NCBI GenBank assembly: GCA_002269645.1
Contig: NIVC01000349.1
Location: forward strand, 1-64,000
DNA: 64,000 nt
Direction of reading: 5' to 3'
Source of the DNA: Macrostomum lignano
Taxonomy: Eukaryota
Below, one piece after another: positions 41,961-54,465 of the stretch (the first letter of the stretch is position 1; every line of letters begins with the position of its first letter). Position numbers and translations under genes: made by a program. The notes beneath the pieces were generated by a model that was not told the origin of the DNA, ran no database searches, and saw only the letters and a program-made list of their open reading frames with translations.

Positions 41961-44900
41961 ATGCCCAACGACGAGACTCCCTTGCCAACCGAAAGCGTCG
42001 ATGGCAACGCGTCATCACAGCAGCCTCCAGTTGCTAGGCAGCTGATGAAGGATGCATCAACGCAGAAGACGTCGAAGCCTCGAAAAAGATCTTGCCAGTC
42101 GGTTAAAAATGAAGATTCGAACTCGGCAGCTCCGAACTGGTTGCGGGTTCGAGCTGCTGGTCTCAGCATGCTGGGATTAGCCGTGCTGGTTGCCATTCGA
42201 AGCGAGCTTGGCTCCGAGCCTGAGATCCGGGTTGCTATAACTCCGACAAAGGAGTCCGAATCGGTGCAGCATTTTGATGATCCGCAGCTGCACAATGACA
42301 CAGTGTACCGGAGCGAGAGTAGGCAAGAGGTATAGTTGTGTAAAAACGGCCCTTTTAAGGACCAAAAAGTAGAGTTTTAGTTGCGGACTCGATTTGAGCC
42401 CCAAATACATCCGGAATTAGAACTCCTAAGACACTCGGATTGGCACTCCTAGGACACTTACATGTAAATGAGTGCCCCTGAGAAATTTAAAGTAGAGCGC
42501 AAAAACATTAAGACTGGAAACGAGTAGCTAATCTAATAATCGATTTTAATTTATTTTATGTTGAATGTCCCTTTTTAGACAGATAGCTATGATTGCAGAC
42601 GCTAGTGCTAAGATTGTATGACTATATAGACACGCAAGATCTTTAGTGTATTATTACTGTATTTACTGTATCTCTTGAAAGAGCTTTATTATTAGTTTTA
42701 GCATGCAATGCAAGTTTATCCATCGCTTTGCCTAAAAAGGGCCGTTTTAACGAAAAATACAACATAGCGCCATCTACAACAATTTTAAAATAAAAAAAGA
42801 ACGTATTTTAACAAAAACACAATGTTTTCAAACATTCAAAACTCAGCTGTTACGGATGTTCGAAATTAAAGTCAAATTTAACTTTAAAGTCTAATTAAAG
42901 TCAATTTAATCCTTGAAGCCTTGACGTCAATGAAGCCTTCGTTTTAAGGCACGCAAATTTGGCGTCAACAGGAGACTCGAATTGGCGCCATTAAGACATC
43001 CAACTTAGCGGCATTAAGACATCCAACTTAGCGCCATTAAGACACCCAAATTAGCGCCATTAAGACACCCAACTTAGCGCCATTAAGACACCCAACTTAG
43101 CGCCATTAAGACACCCAACTTAGCGCCATTAAGACACCCAACTTAGCGCCATTAAGACACCCAACTTATCGCCATCAAGACACCCAACTTAGCGGCATTA
43201 AGACATCCAACTTAGCGCCATTAAGACACCCAAATCGGCGTCAGTAGGACACCCAAATTGGCGCCATTTGGACAAAGAAATCGGCGCTACTACACTATAC
43301 TCTACGACACTTCAGTTTACTCCGATTCCGTTATTTTTTATTCTCTCACCCAAAACTCTCAGGTAACGCTGAACACCTTGTCAACTTCACAACTGGAAGC
43401 CGCTTTCCTCATTAGCCTGGCAGTTCTCAGCCTACCAGCCGGCTTGTTTATCCAAGCCTTAAGCTCCGTGAGCTGCAGCTACTGTTGGATCCCTACGTCG
43501 CCTCACCAGCTCCTCGGTGTCGCAGTGCTGATCAGCTGCTTGTTGAACCTCCTGCTGCCAGCAACAGCAATCGCCGCCTCGGCCGCGGTGGCCGGCGTTG
43601 CTACATCGGTCATTCGAGTCGTCCAAGCGGCCGCCGACAGCTGCGTCTGGCCAGCGGCGTTCGCCATGTGGGGCCGCTGGTCGTCGACATCGACTCGCGC
43701 ACGCCTGGCTTCCAGCGCCGGCTTCGGGGCAGTCGTTGGAGCTGCCGCTGGAGTGTCGCTGGCGGGCCTGACGTCAGGCTCCGAGTCGGTCGGATTTGCG
43801 GCTGTCGCCTGCGGCATCGGCCTGACCGGGTGTCTCTGGTCGACGGCCTGGCTGGCCTTGAGCCGCCGGTGGACATCCGAGGCCTGCGACGACATTGGTG
43901 ACTGGGACAGTGATGAGGAGGCGGCGACGGAGGTGACGTCTAAGAGCGGCTGGTCTCGGCTGTTGGTTACGCTGAAATCTGCGCTGACTTCGTGGCCGGT
44001 GGTGGGACTCTGCCTCGCCTGTGGCAGCCTGCAGTGGAGCTTCCAACTGTGCGCGCTGGGGACTGTGCCGGCTAAGTTCTACAGGCAGATGTTCGGAGCG
44101 GTGGACGCCGGTCAGATTTGGCCGAGGATGACTGTTCCATTGGTTGCTATGGCAATAGCGACGCTGTTAGGTGAGTCGGGTTTAAAAAATAGTCATCCTA
44201 TACATGTAATTAAGCTACCGAATCATTCGACAAGCCAAGGTGGATCACCTCAGACTCTCGTGCCACGAACCCCCATGGGCGTTCTTATGATGCCATGAAA
44301 CTACCTTAGGTGTTGTGAGCTGCGTTTGCGCTCTCTGCCTTTCATTTCCTTGCCGCTTGCTCATTCTGGCGTCTGGTCCCTATCTTTGTCACCATTCTTG
44401 CTTTCATTTAAGTTGTCTCGGTAGTTTAGTATTTTCCTTTGGGCTAGTAGAGTGCAATCACGTATCTGGCCGCCGAGGCCCCTTATCGGCTAGCCTCCCC
44501 TTCTTTATCTCTCGTTCTTCAATTCTGAGTTTTGCCCCACCCACCCGCAGTCGGCTTGGCTTGGTCACAAACATCCATTCAAGTCCTGCGTGGCTTGGCC
44601 CCACCCCACAATCCTGCGTGGCTTGGCCCGACCCCACAATCCTGCGTGGCTTTGCCCCACCCCCCCAATCCTGCGTGGCTTTGCCCCCCCCCCCCAATCC
44701 TGCGTGGCTTTGCCCCACCCCCCAATCCTGCGTGGCTTTGCCCCACCCCCCAATCCTGCGTGGCTTGGCCCCACCCCCAGTCCTGCGTGGCTTTGCCCCA
44801 CCCCCAGTCCTGCGTGGCTTTGCCCCCACCCCCCAATCCTGCGTGGCTTTGCCCCACCCCCAGTCCTGCGTAGCTTTGCCCCACCCCCCAATCCTGCGTA

Positions 44901-47900
44901 GCTTTGACCCACCCCCAATCCTGCGTGGCTTTGACCCACCCCCAGTCCTGCGTGGCTTTGCCCCACCCCCAGTCCTGCGTGGCTTTGCCCCACCCCCAGT
45001 CCTGCGTGGCTTTGCCCCACCCCCAGTCCTGCGTGGCTTTGCCCCACCCCCAGTCCTGCGTGGCTTGGCCCCCACCCCCCAATCCTGCGTGGCTTTGCCC
45101 CACCCCACAATCCTGCGTGGCTTTGCCCCACCCCCAGTCCTGCGTGGCTTTGCCCCACCCCCAGTCCTGCGTGGCTTTGCCCCACCCCCCAATCCTACGT
45201 GGCTTGGCCCCCACCCCCAATCCTGCGTGGCTTGGCCCCCACCCCCCAATCCTGCGTGGCTTTGCCCCACCCCCAGTCCTGCGTGGCTAGTTATACCAGC
45301 CTTAAAATGGGTCAGTACAGTTAGTTATAAGTCAAGTATAGTTGGCTACGGCTTTTACGTCACGTATATAGTAAATATACTGACGAGAGTTGCTTCACAC
45401 CTTGGTTGATAAGACTCAAAATCCGACCACCTCTACAGGCGGTCAACTCATCGACCGGCTGAGCTCCAGTTGCATGTCAGCCACAGCTAGCCGTCGTTTG
45501 ACAGTCTGTCTAGGACTGGGCTGCCTGTCTGCCTGTCTGGCCCACAGATACTATAAACACTAGATAGGCCACTCCAGCTAATTTTCACAACACGACAGTT
45601 TACTCTACTTTCTGCTTAGTAGTAGTAAAAACATTTTAGCGTTATTTATATTTTTTAAAAATAAAAAAACAGATGAATGCAATGCAGCAATTGTATTGAT
45701 TTTTTTGCAAAAAGAAACTTATAATTATACTTTCCACAATTCAAAGCAACATTGTGAATGCTTTAGATTGCATAGAAGGCTATATTATTGCAGTCAACTA
45801 TTGTATATTTAGCAAATACGAGCTATATCATATACTCCATAATCCATATTCGTGTAGCAAAATAGAAAGATTTCTCATCTTAATCAGCTCATCTGTTTGT
45901 GAAACTCGCAGCGTGCTGTTGAAGAACAGGGTCGCCAGTCGCCCTTGTTCAGAGGCAGCATTCAGAACGGCCCAACAGATGAAAAAAACTGGCGAATGCG
46001 CCACTTCAAGGTCCAGGGATGTATCCGATGGAGAGCCAATCCTCAGTGGTTTCGTAACAGGCAGCCGATAAGCAGCAGGACTTTTGTGGTGCAGCTGCAA
46101 TGAGCTGCTGATGAGATGACATCCTTTGACCAGAGCACCCCTGACTGCGAGCGCCCTGCCGCCCAGTCGACCGCTGGAAGCTGCGCTAGCCACGCCTCCA
46201 CAGTCCATGGATGCACGACTGCGCTGCACTTGCCTTGACCATCGAATGTTGCCGCTGCAGCCGCTTGATTTGCCTGTCGCTTTCGGGATTGCCGCTGCAG
46301 CCGCTTGATTTGCCTGTCGTTTTCGGGATTGCCGCTGCAGCCGCTTGATTTGCCTGTCGCTTTCGGGATTGCCGCTGCAGCCGCTTGATTTGCCTGTCGT
46401 TTTCGGGATTGCCGCTGCAGCCGCTTGATTTGCCTGTCGCTTTCGGGATTGCCGCTGCAGCCGCTTGATTTGCCTGTCGTTTTCGGGATTGCCGCTGCAG
46501 CCGCTTGATTTGCCTGTCGCTTTCGGGATTGCCGCTGCAGCCGCTTGATTTGCCTGTCGCTTTCGGGATTGCCGCTGCAGCCGCTTGATTCGCCTGTCAC
46601 TTTCGGCCTCGGGATCGTTGCTGCAGCCGCTTGATCGTTGCCTCTAGCGCTTGGAACCCGCGAATCGGCTGCAGAGGTGAGAGCTTTCAGCCGCAACAGC
46701 TGTTCTCGGCGCAGAATCTGGTAGCCGAAGGTTGCTCTGCCACAGCACTGGCAGCAGGCAAGTCGCAGGCTCGGCTGCAGATAGATTGCTAATTGGCCCC
46801 AGCACTGGAGGGTACATGTCGTCTGCCTCTTCATCGTTTATCAGTCCTTTGCACAGAGGGTAGCTGGTCTATTTGAACGAGCCGAGGCAGCATCAACTCT
46901 TGGTGTGGGATTGCGTCCCAGCGAAAACAGATGTCTTGCACATCCGTGGCACTTTGTAAGGCAGCAGTAGGCCTCGTCCATAAAGTGCAAGCTGAACACA
47001 CGGAGGCCCCGTGATTTAATTGTTTATAAAGGTCAATATCCACGCTCCTGCAGTAGCTGCTGCCAGCGCTTCGCCAGTGTCATCTTTTGGTAATTTATGC
47101 ATTCGCAACGGATTTTTCTTTCTCGGATGTTAATAGCACTAGTACAAAGCTCGTGCAAGTGGGAGCACAGCAGTGGTTCGAATCAAAACATTTCTCGAGT
47201 ACAAGATTAGATAGAAAAGCTAGTATGCACTCGAACTTTCTTTAACTCTGACTCTTGTCCTGTTCATCTATATAAGCTTGTATTTAAGCACGATTCGCCA
47301 CCCCCAAATTTTCTAACCCACAACCTCTCAACCCCCACCCCTAACCCAGGCTAGCTATGTGCAGTCCTTTATTTTCTATCCCACCACCAGTGGGCCTAAA
47401 TTATCGATCCACTCACCCTGCCTTATACGAAACTGATATTAACCCTATTCCAGACTACCCCCTTCCTCCACTTTGAAAGATAGCGGCATTGCACACTGTC
47501 TGTCGCGTCTTAATGTACACCATTACTGCACAAAACAAGTTAGTTGTTTATGGCGTTAGCAAAACGATGTCTTAAAAACAGTCACTCGATTTGTCTAATT
47601 TAGCAAATAATACTGTTGCTTCCTTTCATTGCTACTAAGCAGAAAGTAGAATAAAAAACTTGCCCAGAAAATTAGCCTGAGTGGCCTATCTAGTGTTTAT
47701 AGTATCTGTGGTCTGGCCTGTCTGTCTGCCGCCGCAGGCTGGCTTGGCATCGATGCGACCGTCGGTCTGATGAGTATCGGCTTGGCCGGAGCCGGGCTGG
47801 CCGCTGCCGGGCTGGCCGCCTGCCTGCTTGACTTGGCGCCTGGCGAGGCCGCCGTGTTGTCAGGACTTGCCGCGGCTGTGGGGAATGGAATGGGTGAGTC

Positions 47901-48871
47901 GGAGGGGGGGGGGTAGGCTGACGATGACTCCGTGTGCGAGCAGGTGTCAGATTGACTGATTGATTGTAATGAAAAATACTGTAAGGGTCACAAGTTGGTT
48001 AAATCATGAGGATGCAATTGAGGGAAGGAACCTCTAGAAGAAGTCAGCTAGACTGTAGTTGCTAAGTATTAGAAATATTAGATTTCGTGATAGGTCGTAG
48101 CGCTCGATGCTTTTTAAATACGGAATGTACATTATCGCTTAAACTTCATGATCTATGGTTGATAGCTCGTAACTTAATGAGCTGATGGTGAGGCTACGAA
48201 GGAAAAAGTACAACGACATTTAAGATTATACTAACTGTGACCTGAGACAGTGACCAGAGACAGTGACCAGAGACAGTGACCTGAGACAGTGACCAGAGAC
48301 AGTGACCTCCTGAGACAGGGACCTCCTGAGACAGTGACCTCCTGAGACAGTGACCTCCTGAGACAGTGACCTCCTGAGACAGTGACCTGAGACAGTGACC
48401 TCCTGAGACAGGGACCTGAGACAGTGACCTGAGACAGTGACCAGAGACAGTGACCAGAGACAGTGACCTGAGACAGTGACCTGAGACAGTGACCTGAGAC
48501 AGTGACCTGAGACAGTGAGCTGAGACAGTGACCTGAGACAGTGATCTAACTAATAAACAATGCACCATTCCGCAGGCGCGGCTTCCCACTGCGTGGCGCA
48601 TCACGTGACCCGAGGCCAGGCTGGGCTGACCGAGTGGCGGTCGCTGCTGGCGGCGGCTTCAGCGCTGCTGGCGACTGGCACTGCGACCTTCGGCCTGCTC
48701 GGCTCCGGAGAGGTGCAACCCTGGGCCGGTGGCTCCGGGGCTCACGGAGAATTCAGCCGCCTTCTGGAGGAGGCCAGCGACAGGACGGAGAAGCCGCAAG
48801 TGAATATCGACTACAGCTCCATCAATGGCTGCGGAGAGGCTGGGGAGGCTGGGTGCCAGAGCGAGACCTGA
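41961..48871 (+). CDS. SLC17-family (sialin/VGLUT-like) MFS transporter, interrupted by a transposon in exon 3; possibly pseudogenised
   Basis: Exons 41961-42329, 43363-44170, 45439-45542 plus 47719-47893, and 48576-48871 (phases 0, 1, 1). LSMLGLAVLVAIRSELG resembles SLC17 TM1 (LGF..IR.NLG); GGQLIDRL...SRR, LLDLAP and SGEVQPWA are also family-type. Removing the insertion and one TSD restores the frame. Confidence 0.8.
42980..43240 (+). repeat. 23-bp minisatellite (ttagcgccattaagacacccaac) in SLC17 intron 1
   Basis: About 11 units. Confidence 0.95.
44580..45290 (+). repeat. 27-28-bp minisatellite (cctgcgtggctttgccccacccccagt) in SLC17 intron 2
   Basis: About 26 units. Confidence 0.95.
45543..47710 (-). 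mobile_element. P-element-like non-autonomous DNA transposon, 2168 bp, with a decayed THAP domain
   Basis: Perfect 32-bp TIRs at 45543-45574 and 47679-47710 (cacagatactataaacactagataggccactc). Exact 8-bp TSD gtctggcc at 45535-45542 and 47711-47718. Minus-strand THAP-like remnants HCCAPTCT, MHKLPKD, AKRWQQLL, RVFSLHF...NPT at ~46880-47175. Confidence 0.85.
46250..46640 (+). repeat. 40-bp tandem repeat inside the transposon (gccgctgcagccgcttgatttgcctgtcgctttcgggatt)
   Basis: About 9 units, period 40. Confidence 0.95.
48235..48545 (+). repeat. 13-15-bp minisatellite (ctgagacagtgac) in SLC17 intron 3
   Basis: Direct observation. Confidence 0.93.
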
Positions 48872-48889
48872 GATGTAGGAAGTTGTCGA

Positions 48890-49250
48890 TGATGGAGAGG
48901 CTGAGGAGGCTGGGGACCTGAGCAGTGGGGAGTTGTTGATGATGGAGAGACTGAGGAGGCTGGAGACCTGAGCAGTGGGGAGTTGTTGATGATGGAGAAG
49001 CTTGGGAGGCTGGGGACCTGAGCAGTGGGGAGTTGTTGATGATGTAGAGGCTGGGGAGGCTGGAGACCTGAGCAGTGGGGAGTTGTTGATGATGGAGAGG
49101 CTGGGGAGGCTGGGGACCTGAGCAGTGGGGAGTTGTTGATGATGTAGAGGCTGGGGAGGCTGGAGACCTGAGCATTGGGGAGTTGTTGATGATGGAGAGG
49201 CTGGGGAGGCTGAGGACCTGAGCAGTGGGGAGTTCTTGATTATGGAGAGA
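48890..49250 (+). repeat. 50-bp minisatellite just after the SLC17 stop
   Basis: About 7 units of ctggggaggctggagacctgagcagtggggagttgttgatgatggagagg. Confidence 0.93.
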
Positions 49251-50399
49251 CTGGGTGTCGAAACTAACTGATTTAACTTGCTTAACAGCTTCATTTTTTA
49301 AGTGTCAGGTTGTCGGTGCAGGGACTGATGTTGTGTCTTAGTGTCGTTTCATAGTGCTCTATCGGTGCAAGGTTCATTTTAATTTGTTTTAAAGTAATTT
49401 GCGCATAAACAGGTACTAAGCCATACTACTATTGTAGTACTAAGCTTCATTGAAGCTTGGCTTTTAATGAAGAAATAAATATAATTTTTGGCTCAAAAGC
49501 CAAACTTTGGGTCAAACAAACTTGGTCGGAACAACGCGAAACTTCTATTTCTTCGAAAATAAAAATTTAAAGACTGAATTTACGCGTAAGAATGCACTAC
49601 GTACGATTACAATTCCTTTACCAAGATACGAACCTCTGCTATCTTAATTTCTGCAATTAAAGTTTTCTAGAAATATTAAACCAAAAAATTATAAATCGTT
49701 CATCTAATTGAACAATCTGCATGCAGATTTAAAATTTAACACAATCAAAAACGTTCAAAAGGCATTTAAAACTTTTTATTGAGGTTAAACAAAAAAGACA
49801 GAGACTATGCTACAGTGACTACTCATTGTTTCATTGTTAATTAAGTACTTCAGTAGTATAGTCTAAACATGCTTTTGACAAGTTCTGTTCTCTATGTGAC
49901 TATATCAGATATAAACCCTGCATTGCAGATGTGTGTAAGTGTAACTAAGTTTTTTTCGAATATAAAGTATGAAGAATTGCCATCAGCGCTGGTTGTTGTG
50001 GCACAAGGTCTCCGAAGGCGTTGCTCCAGGGTGCACGCAGCTGTGACAGTGTGATTCGTAGAAGCGTGTCTCGTATTTCTTTATTTTCATATGCATACGG
50101 TACTACTACTGTATTCTTTCATTTATTTTAACAATATTCGTGCATATTATTATCGCGCTATCTTTTACTGTTAATTGCTTTGTTTTTGTAGCCTCGTATG
50201 TATTGATTCTATTATTTGTATTTCATTCATATCGTTATTATTTCTCGTAAAGTAGTTCTACCTATGTACATGTACTGACGTATGTTATTCTTGCATGATA
50301 TATTTTATCGATTAATTTGTACATGTACATTGCGCGCCGCGTGGGGGTTGTTTGTCTGGGTTTTGGATTAAGGGTGTTGTTGTTATCTGTTTACCTTTA

Positions 50400-50945
50400 A
50401 ATATATGCTTACACTGCAGTCAGCAGCCGCTCTCGCCCTTCCCCTTGCTTCGCGGGCAGGGCACACACACAGGAAACGGTGGGTTTTTAAAAGCGGCTGG
50501 AGCCTCGACTCCCTCCTGAGCCTCATCAGCCACGTGAAGCTGGCCAACGGGTCGCTCGAGACGAAGCGACTGTCGTTGAGCAGCGCCTAAGACGATGTCC
50601 CGTCGAAGCGGGCGCCCTCCTCAGTCCACTGCAGGTTCGCGCTCTCCAGTCGGTGGCTGCCGCCGCGGCTGTCGCTCTGGCACACCAGGTTGCTGAACCG
50701 GCTGCTCCCACCTGCCAGCCAACGACAACGCGCGATACACCGAGCACTGCGACTGCTGCACTGCAGCTCCAGCTCCGATCGTGACGGCACCGCTTGCCTG
50801 CATCGTGCGACACACCTGCTGGTAGTGGAAGAGCGAGCACACACCTGTCTGCTTGTTCTACTCAAGCACCAGGTCGTCAGGTGGTTCGCTGCTTGCTTTC
50901 AACACGCAGGCTTGCAGGCCTCCTGTCGTTAGTTGCCAAGTCAAC
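50400..50945 (-). pseudogene. Disabled fragment of a PAN/apple-like plus LamG/ConA-like protein
   Basis: Conceptual translation: QACVLK...DLVLE*NKQTGVCSLFHY...LSLAGRW, frameshift, then SNLVC...EEGARFDGTSS*ALL...SFTWLMRLR. TAG stops at 50858-50860 and 50587-50589. Domain calls are by motif resemblance only. Confidence 0.5.
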
Positions 50946-51049
50946 AAGAGGTCTCACCAGCTCGTATGTACAACATAAGTCGGCAAACTTTTTTTTTACC
51001 GCAAGGGCCAGATAGAGAACCTAGCGCATAACTGCGGGACACAGGAGAA

Positions 51050-51400
51050 AGGAGCTGTAAGAGAATAAAGGAGAAGAAAGAGGAGACAATCAATAGGATA
51101 GGGGAAAGGAGGAACAGGAGAGGAGAGAGCAGAGGATCGAGAGAGGAGAGGAGAAGAAAGAGGAGAGGAGAGAGGAGAAGATGGAGAGAGGAGAGAGGAG
51201 AAGATGGAGAGAGGAGAGGAGAAGAAAGAGGAGAGGAGAGAGGAGAGGATGGAGAGAGGAGAGGAGAAGAAAGAGGAGAGGAGAGAGGAGAGGATGGAGA
51301 GAGTAGAGGAGAAGAAAGAGGAGAGGAGAGAGGAGAGGAGAGAGGAGAGGAGAGGGAAGAGAAGAAAGTAGAGGACATGGGAAAGGAGAGAAAAGGAGAG
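51050..51400 (+). repeat. Purine-rich (GAGAG/GAGGA)n low-complexity repeat
   Basis: Direct observation. Confidence 0.92.
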
Positions 51401-51697
51401 GAGATTGGAGAAGATCGAGCTGAGAAGAGACACAACCCTTGTTGGATTGCCATTGTAAAGTTTCAAAGGACCGGAGGGCCGAAAAGAGACGCTGGCCGGA
51501 GTTTAGCGACCCCTGAATTGTACATGTACAAGTATGTATGCATATACAGGTATATATATTGCAAGTCCTTAAGTGACAGAGTAAATCATATCTCTAACTA
51601 CTACTGCATACATTCAGTTCCAGCGGAGGGTGGTTAACATCTCTTGCATCGATAATGTTCATAAGACCTTCTAAATCAAGACTATTTAATAATTGCG

Positions 51698-52832
51698 TCA
51701 ACAGCGAGTTGCAGTACATGTAGATGACGGCGCTGCCGTGACCACTGCAGTCGCTGCTGTGGCGACCGTGGCCACAGCGGACGGCCGGTAGTCGATGGAG
51801 CTCAGCCGCAGCTGTCGCTTGACAGCCAGTCGAAACCTCGGGTTGGCGTACACGTCAGATGAAAAAGTTACAGGCGCCATCGAGCGAGGCGATGAAGTTC
51901 CCGACGAGGCCAATAACGATGTAGACTGGAGTGGGCACCGTCAGCAGGACGTTGAATCCGAACAGGATCATGGGGATCTGGCAGAGGAGGTACAGCTGCA
52001 GAAGGAGCACAATCACCCGAGTCGTGTCTTTACGCTGCTGGCCGTCAAAGCCTCGATTAGGTTGTCCAGTCCAGGCAAAACGAAGTCCTCGACGACGTAG
52101 GGACCGCAGCAGATAGATGTTGGCCAGCACGGCGACAACTACCGGAGTGACCGTCTGCAGTCCGTAGTTCACTATGGTTGTGTACACTGGGAACACGCGG
52201 CTGGCAACTATGGCGACTCGATAGAGACCGTCCGAGCAGAGACACAGGACGGTGCTCACCTCCAGACAGCGGATTACCGAAGTAGACAAGCTGACTGTCC
52301 AGATCGAAGCCAAGCAGGCGGCTGTCCGGTTTCTGGAGAACCACAGGTTGGCACGGATTGGCCAGCGAATCTTGGCGCCGCGCACCACGGACACGAACAG
52401 CATGGTCCAGTTGTGCGCGGTCAGGAACGGCGCCCGCAGCGCCCACGCGATCGGGTGAGCGTACACGACAAAGTTGAAGAACTCAGATCTCCAGGCCGGC
52501 ACAGACTCCAGCGTGTGGCAGGCATTGTCGATGGTGTTTCCGATCACAAATATCGTGTCGGTGACGGCCAGAGACCGCAGCTGCAGGGCCAGCGCACAGT
52601 CAGACTCCACCCGACCCAGAGCCGCAAAGGCGATGCAGTTGCACACGACTGCCACGAGGCACACCAAAGTCTGCAGAACGTTAAACGTTACGTAGAACGA
52701 GATGAACCAGAGTTCATTTTGATGCGACCAGCGCTCCAACTCGACTTCACTTGAGCAGTTGATTTCTACAGAGAATCGGTAAGAACTTATGCTCATCTGC
52801 TGCATTGCGTTCAGCTGCCAGGGCTGGTCCAT
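51698..52832 (-). CDS. Intronless rhodopsin-family (class A) GPCR, peptide-receptor-like, with a 1-nt insertion at the end of TM7
   Basis: Seven hydrophobic segments; LRSLAVTD (TM2), NWTMLFVSVVR..I.WP (DRY equivalent), CQIP (TM6), CNFFI (TM7). Removing one base at 51856 (atc tGac gtg) gives NFFIYVYANPRFR, a typical TM7/helix 8, continuing to the stop at 51698. Confidence 0.85.
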
Positions 52833-53159
52833 ACTGGTCTGAAGGAAGTTTATCTCGCTCCTGTGTTTGCACTGCTGGTCAATTTATAATGCACCGAATC
52901 TAGCCATGCTTGAGAAACTTCTATCGATAAAACTTCACGATTGGAACTTTTATATTTGGAAATCAGTTTTTATCGCGGAGCATCGAAAATACTGACTTCA
53001 GTGGAATTGCATTAGTCTCAAAAGAGCTTGCCAAGTGTTAATATTTGATCATTTCGTCGGGCGATAACATGTGTGAAACAGACGGTTTCCGGACGCACAA
53101 AAAAGTTTTTTGTGAACTGAGTCCGTTAAAGAGGCAAATTGGGTGCCATAAATCTGTAC

Positions 53160-54465
53160 AGCACCCCATCAGTGACCCTACAGCTCCCCCCATCAGTGAC
53201 CCTACAGCTCTCCCATCAGTGACCCTACAGCTCCCCCCATCAGTGACCCTACAGCTCCCCCATCAGTGACCCTACAGCTCCCCCATCAGTGACCCTACAG
53301 CTCCCCCATCAGTGACCCTACAGCTCCCCCCATCAGTGACCCTACAGCTCCCCCATCAGTGACCCTACAGCTCCCCCATCAGTGACCCTACAGCTCCCCC
53401 ATCAGGGACCCTACAGCTCCCCCATCAGTGACCCTACAGCTCCCCCATCAGTGACCCTACAGCTCCCCCATCAGTGACCCTACAGCTCCCCCATCAGTGA
53501 CCCTACAGCTCCCCCATCAGTGACCCTACAGCTCCCTCATCAGTGACCCTACAGCTCCCCCATCAGTGACCCTACAGCTCCCTCATCAGTGACCCTACAG
53601 CTCCCCCATCAGTGACCCTACAGCTCCCCCATCAGTGACCCTACAGCTCTCCCATCAGTGACCCTACAGCTCCCCCCATCAGTGACCCTACAGCTCCCCA
53701 TCAGTGACCCTACAGCTCCACATCAGTGACCCTACAGCTCCACATCAGTGACTACAGCTCCACATCAGTGACTACAGCTCCACATCAGTGACCCTACAGC
53801 TCCCCCATCAGTGACCCTACAGCTCCCCCATCAGTGACCCTACAGCTCTCCCATCAGTGACCCTACAGCTCCCTCATCAGTGACCCTACAGCTCCCCCAT
53901 CAGTGACCCTACAGCTCCCCCATCAGTGACCCTGCATCTCTCCCATCAGTGACCCTACAGCTCCACATCAGTGACCCTACAGCTCCACATCAGTGACTAC
54001 AGCTCCACATCAGTGACCCTACAGCTCCTCATCAAAGACCCTACAGCTCCCCATCAGTGACTACAGCTCCCGATCAGTGACCCTACAGCTCCCTCATCAG
54101 TGACCCTACAGCTCCCCCATCAGTGACTACAGCTCCCGATCAGTGACCCTACAGCTCCCTCATCAGTGACCCTACAGCTCCCCCATCAGTGACTACAGCT
54201 CCCCCATCAGTGACCCTACAGCTCCCTCATCAGTGACCCTACAGCTCCCCCCATCAGTGACCCTACAGCTCCCCATCAGTGACCCTACAGCTCCATATCA
54301 GTGACCCTACATCTCTCCCATCAGTGACCCTACAGCTCCACATCAGTGACCCTACAGCTCCACATCAGTGACTACAGCTCCACATCAGTGACCCTACAGC
54401 TCCTCATCAAAGACCCTACAGCTCCCCATCAGTGACTACAGCTCCCGATCAGTGACCCTACAGCT
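53160..54465 (+). repeat. 22-24-bp satellite (catcagtgaccctacagctccc)
   Basis: Roughly 55-60 units with variable C-run length. Confidence 0.96.
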
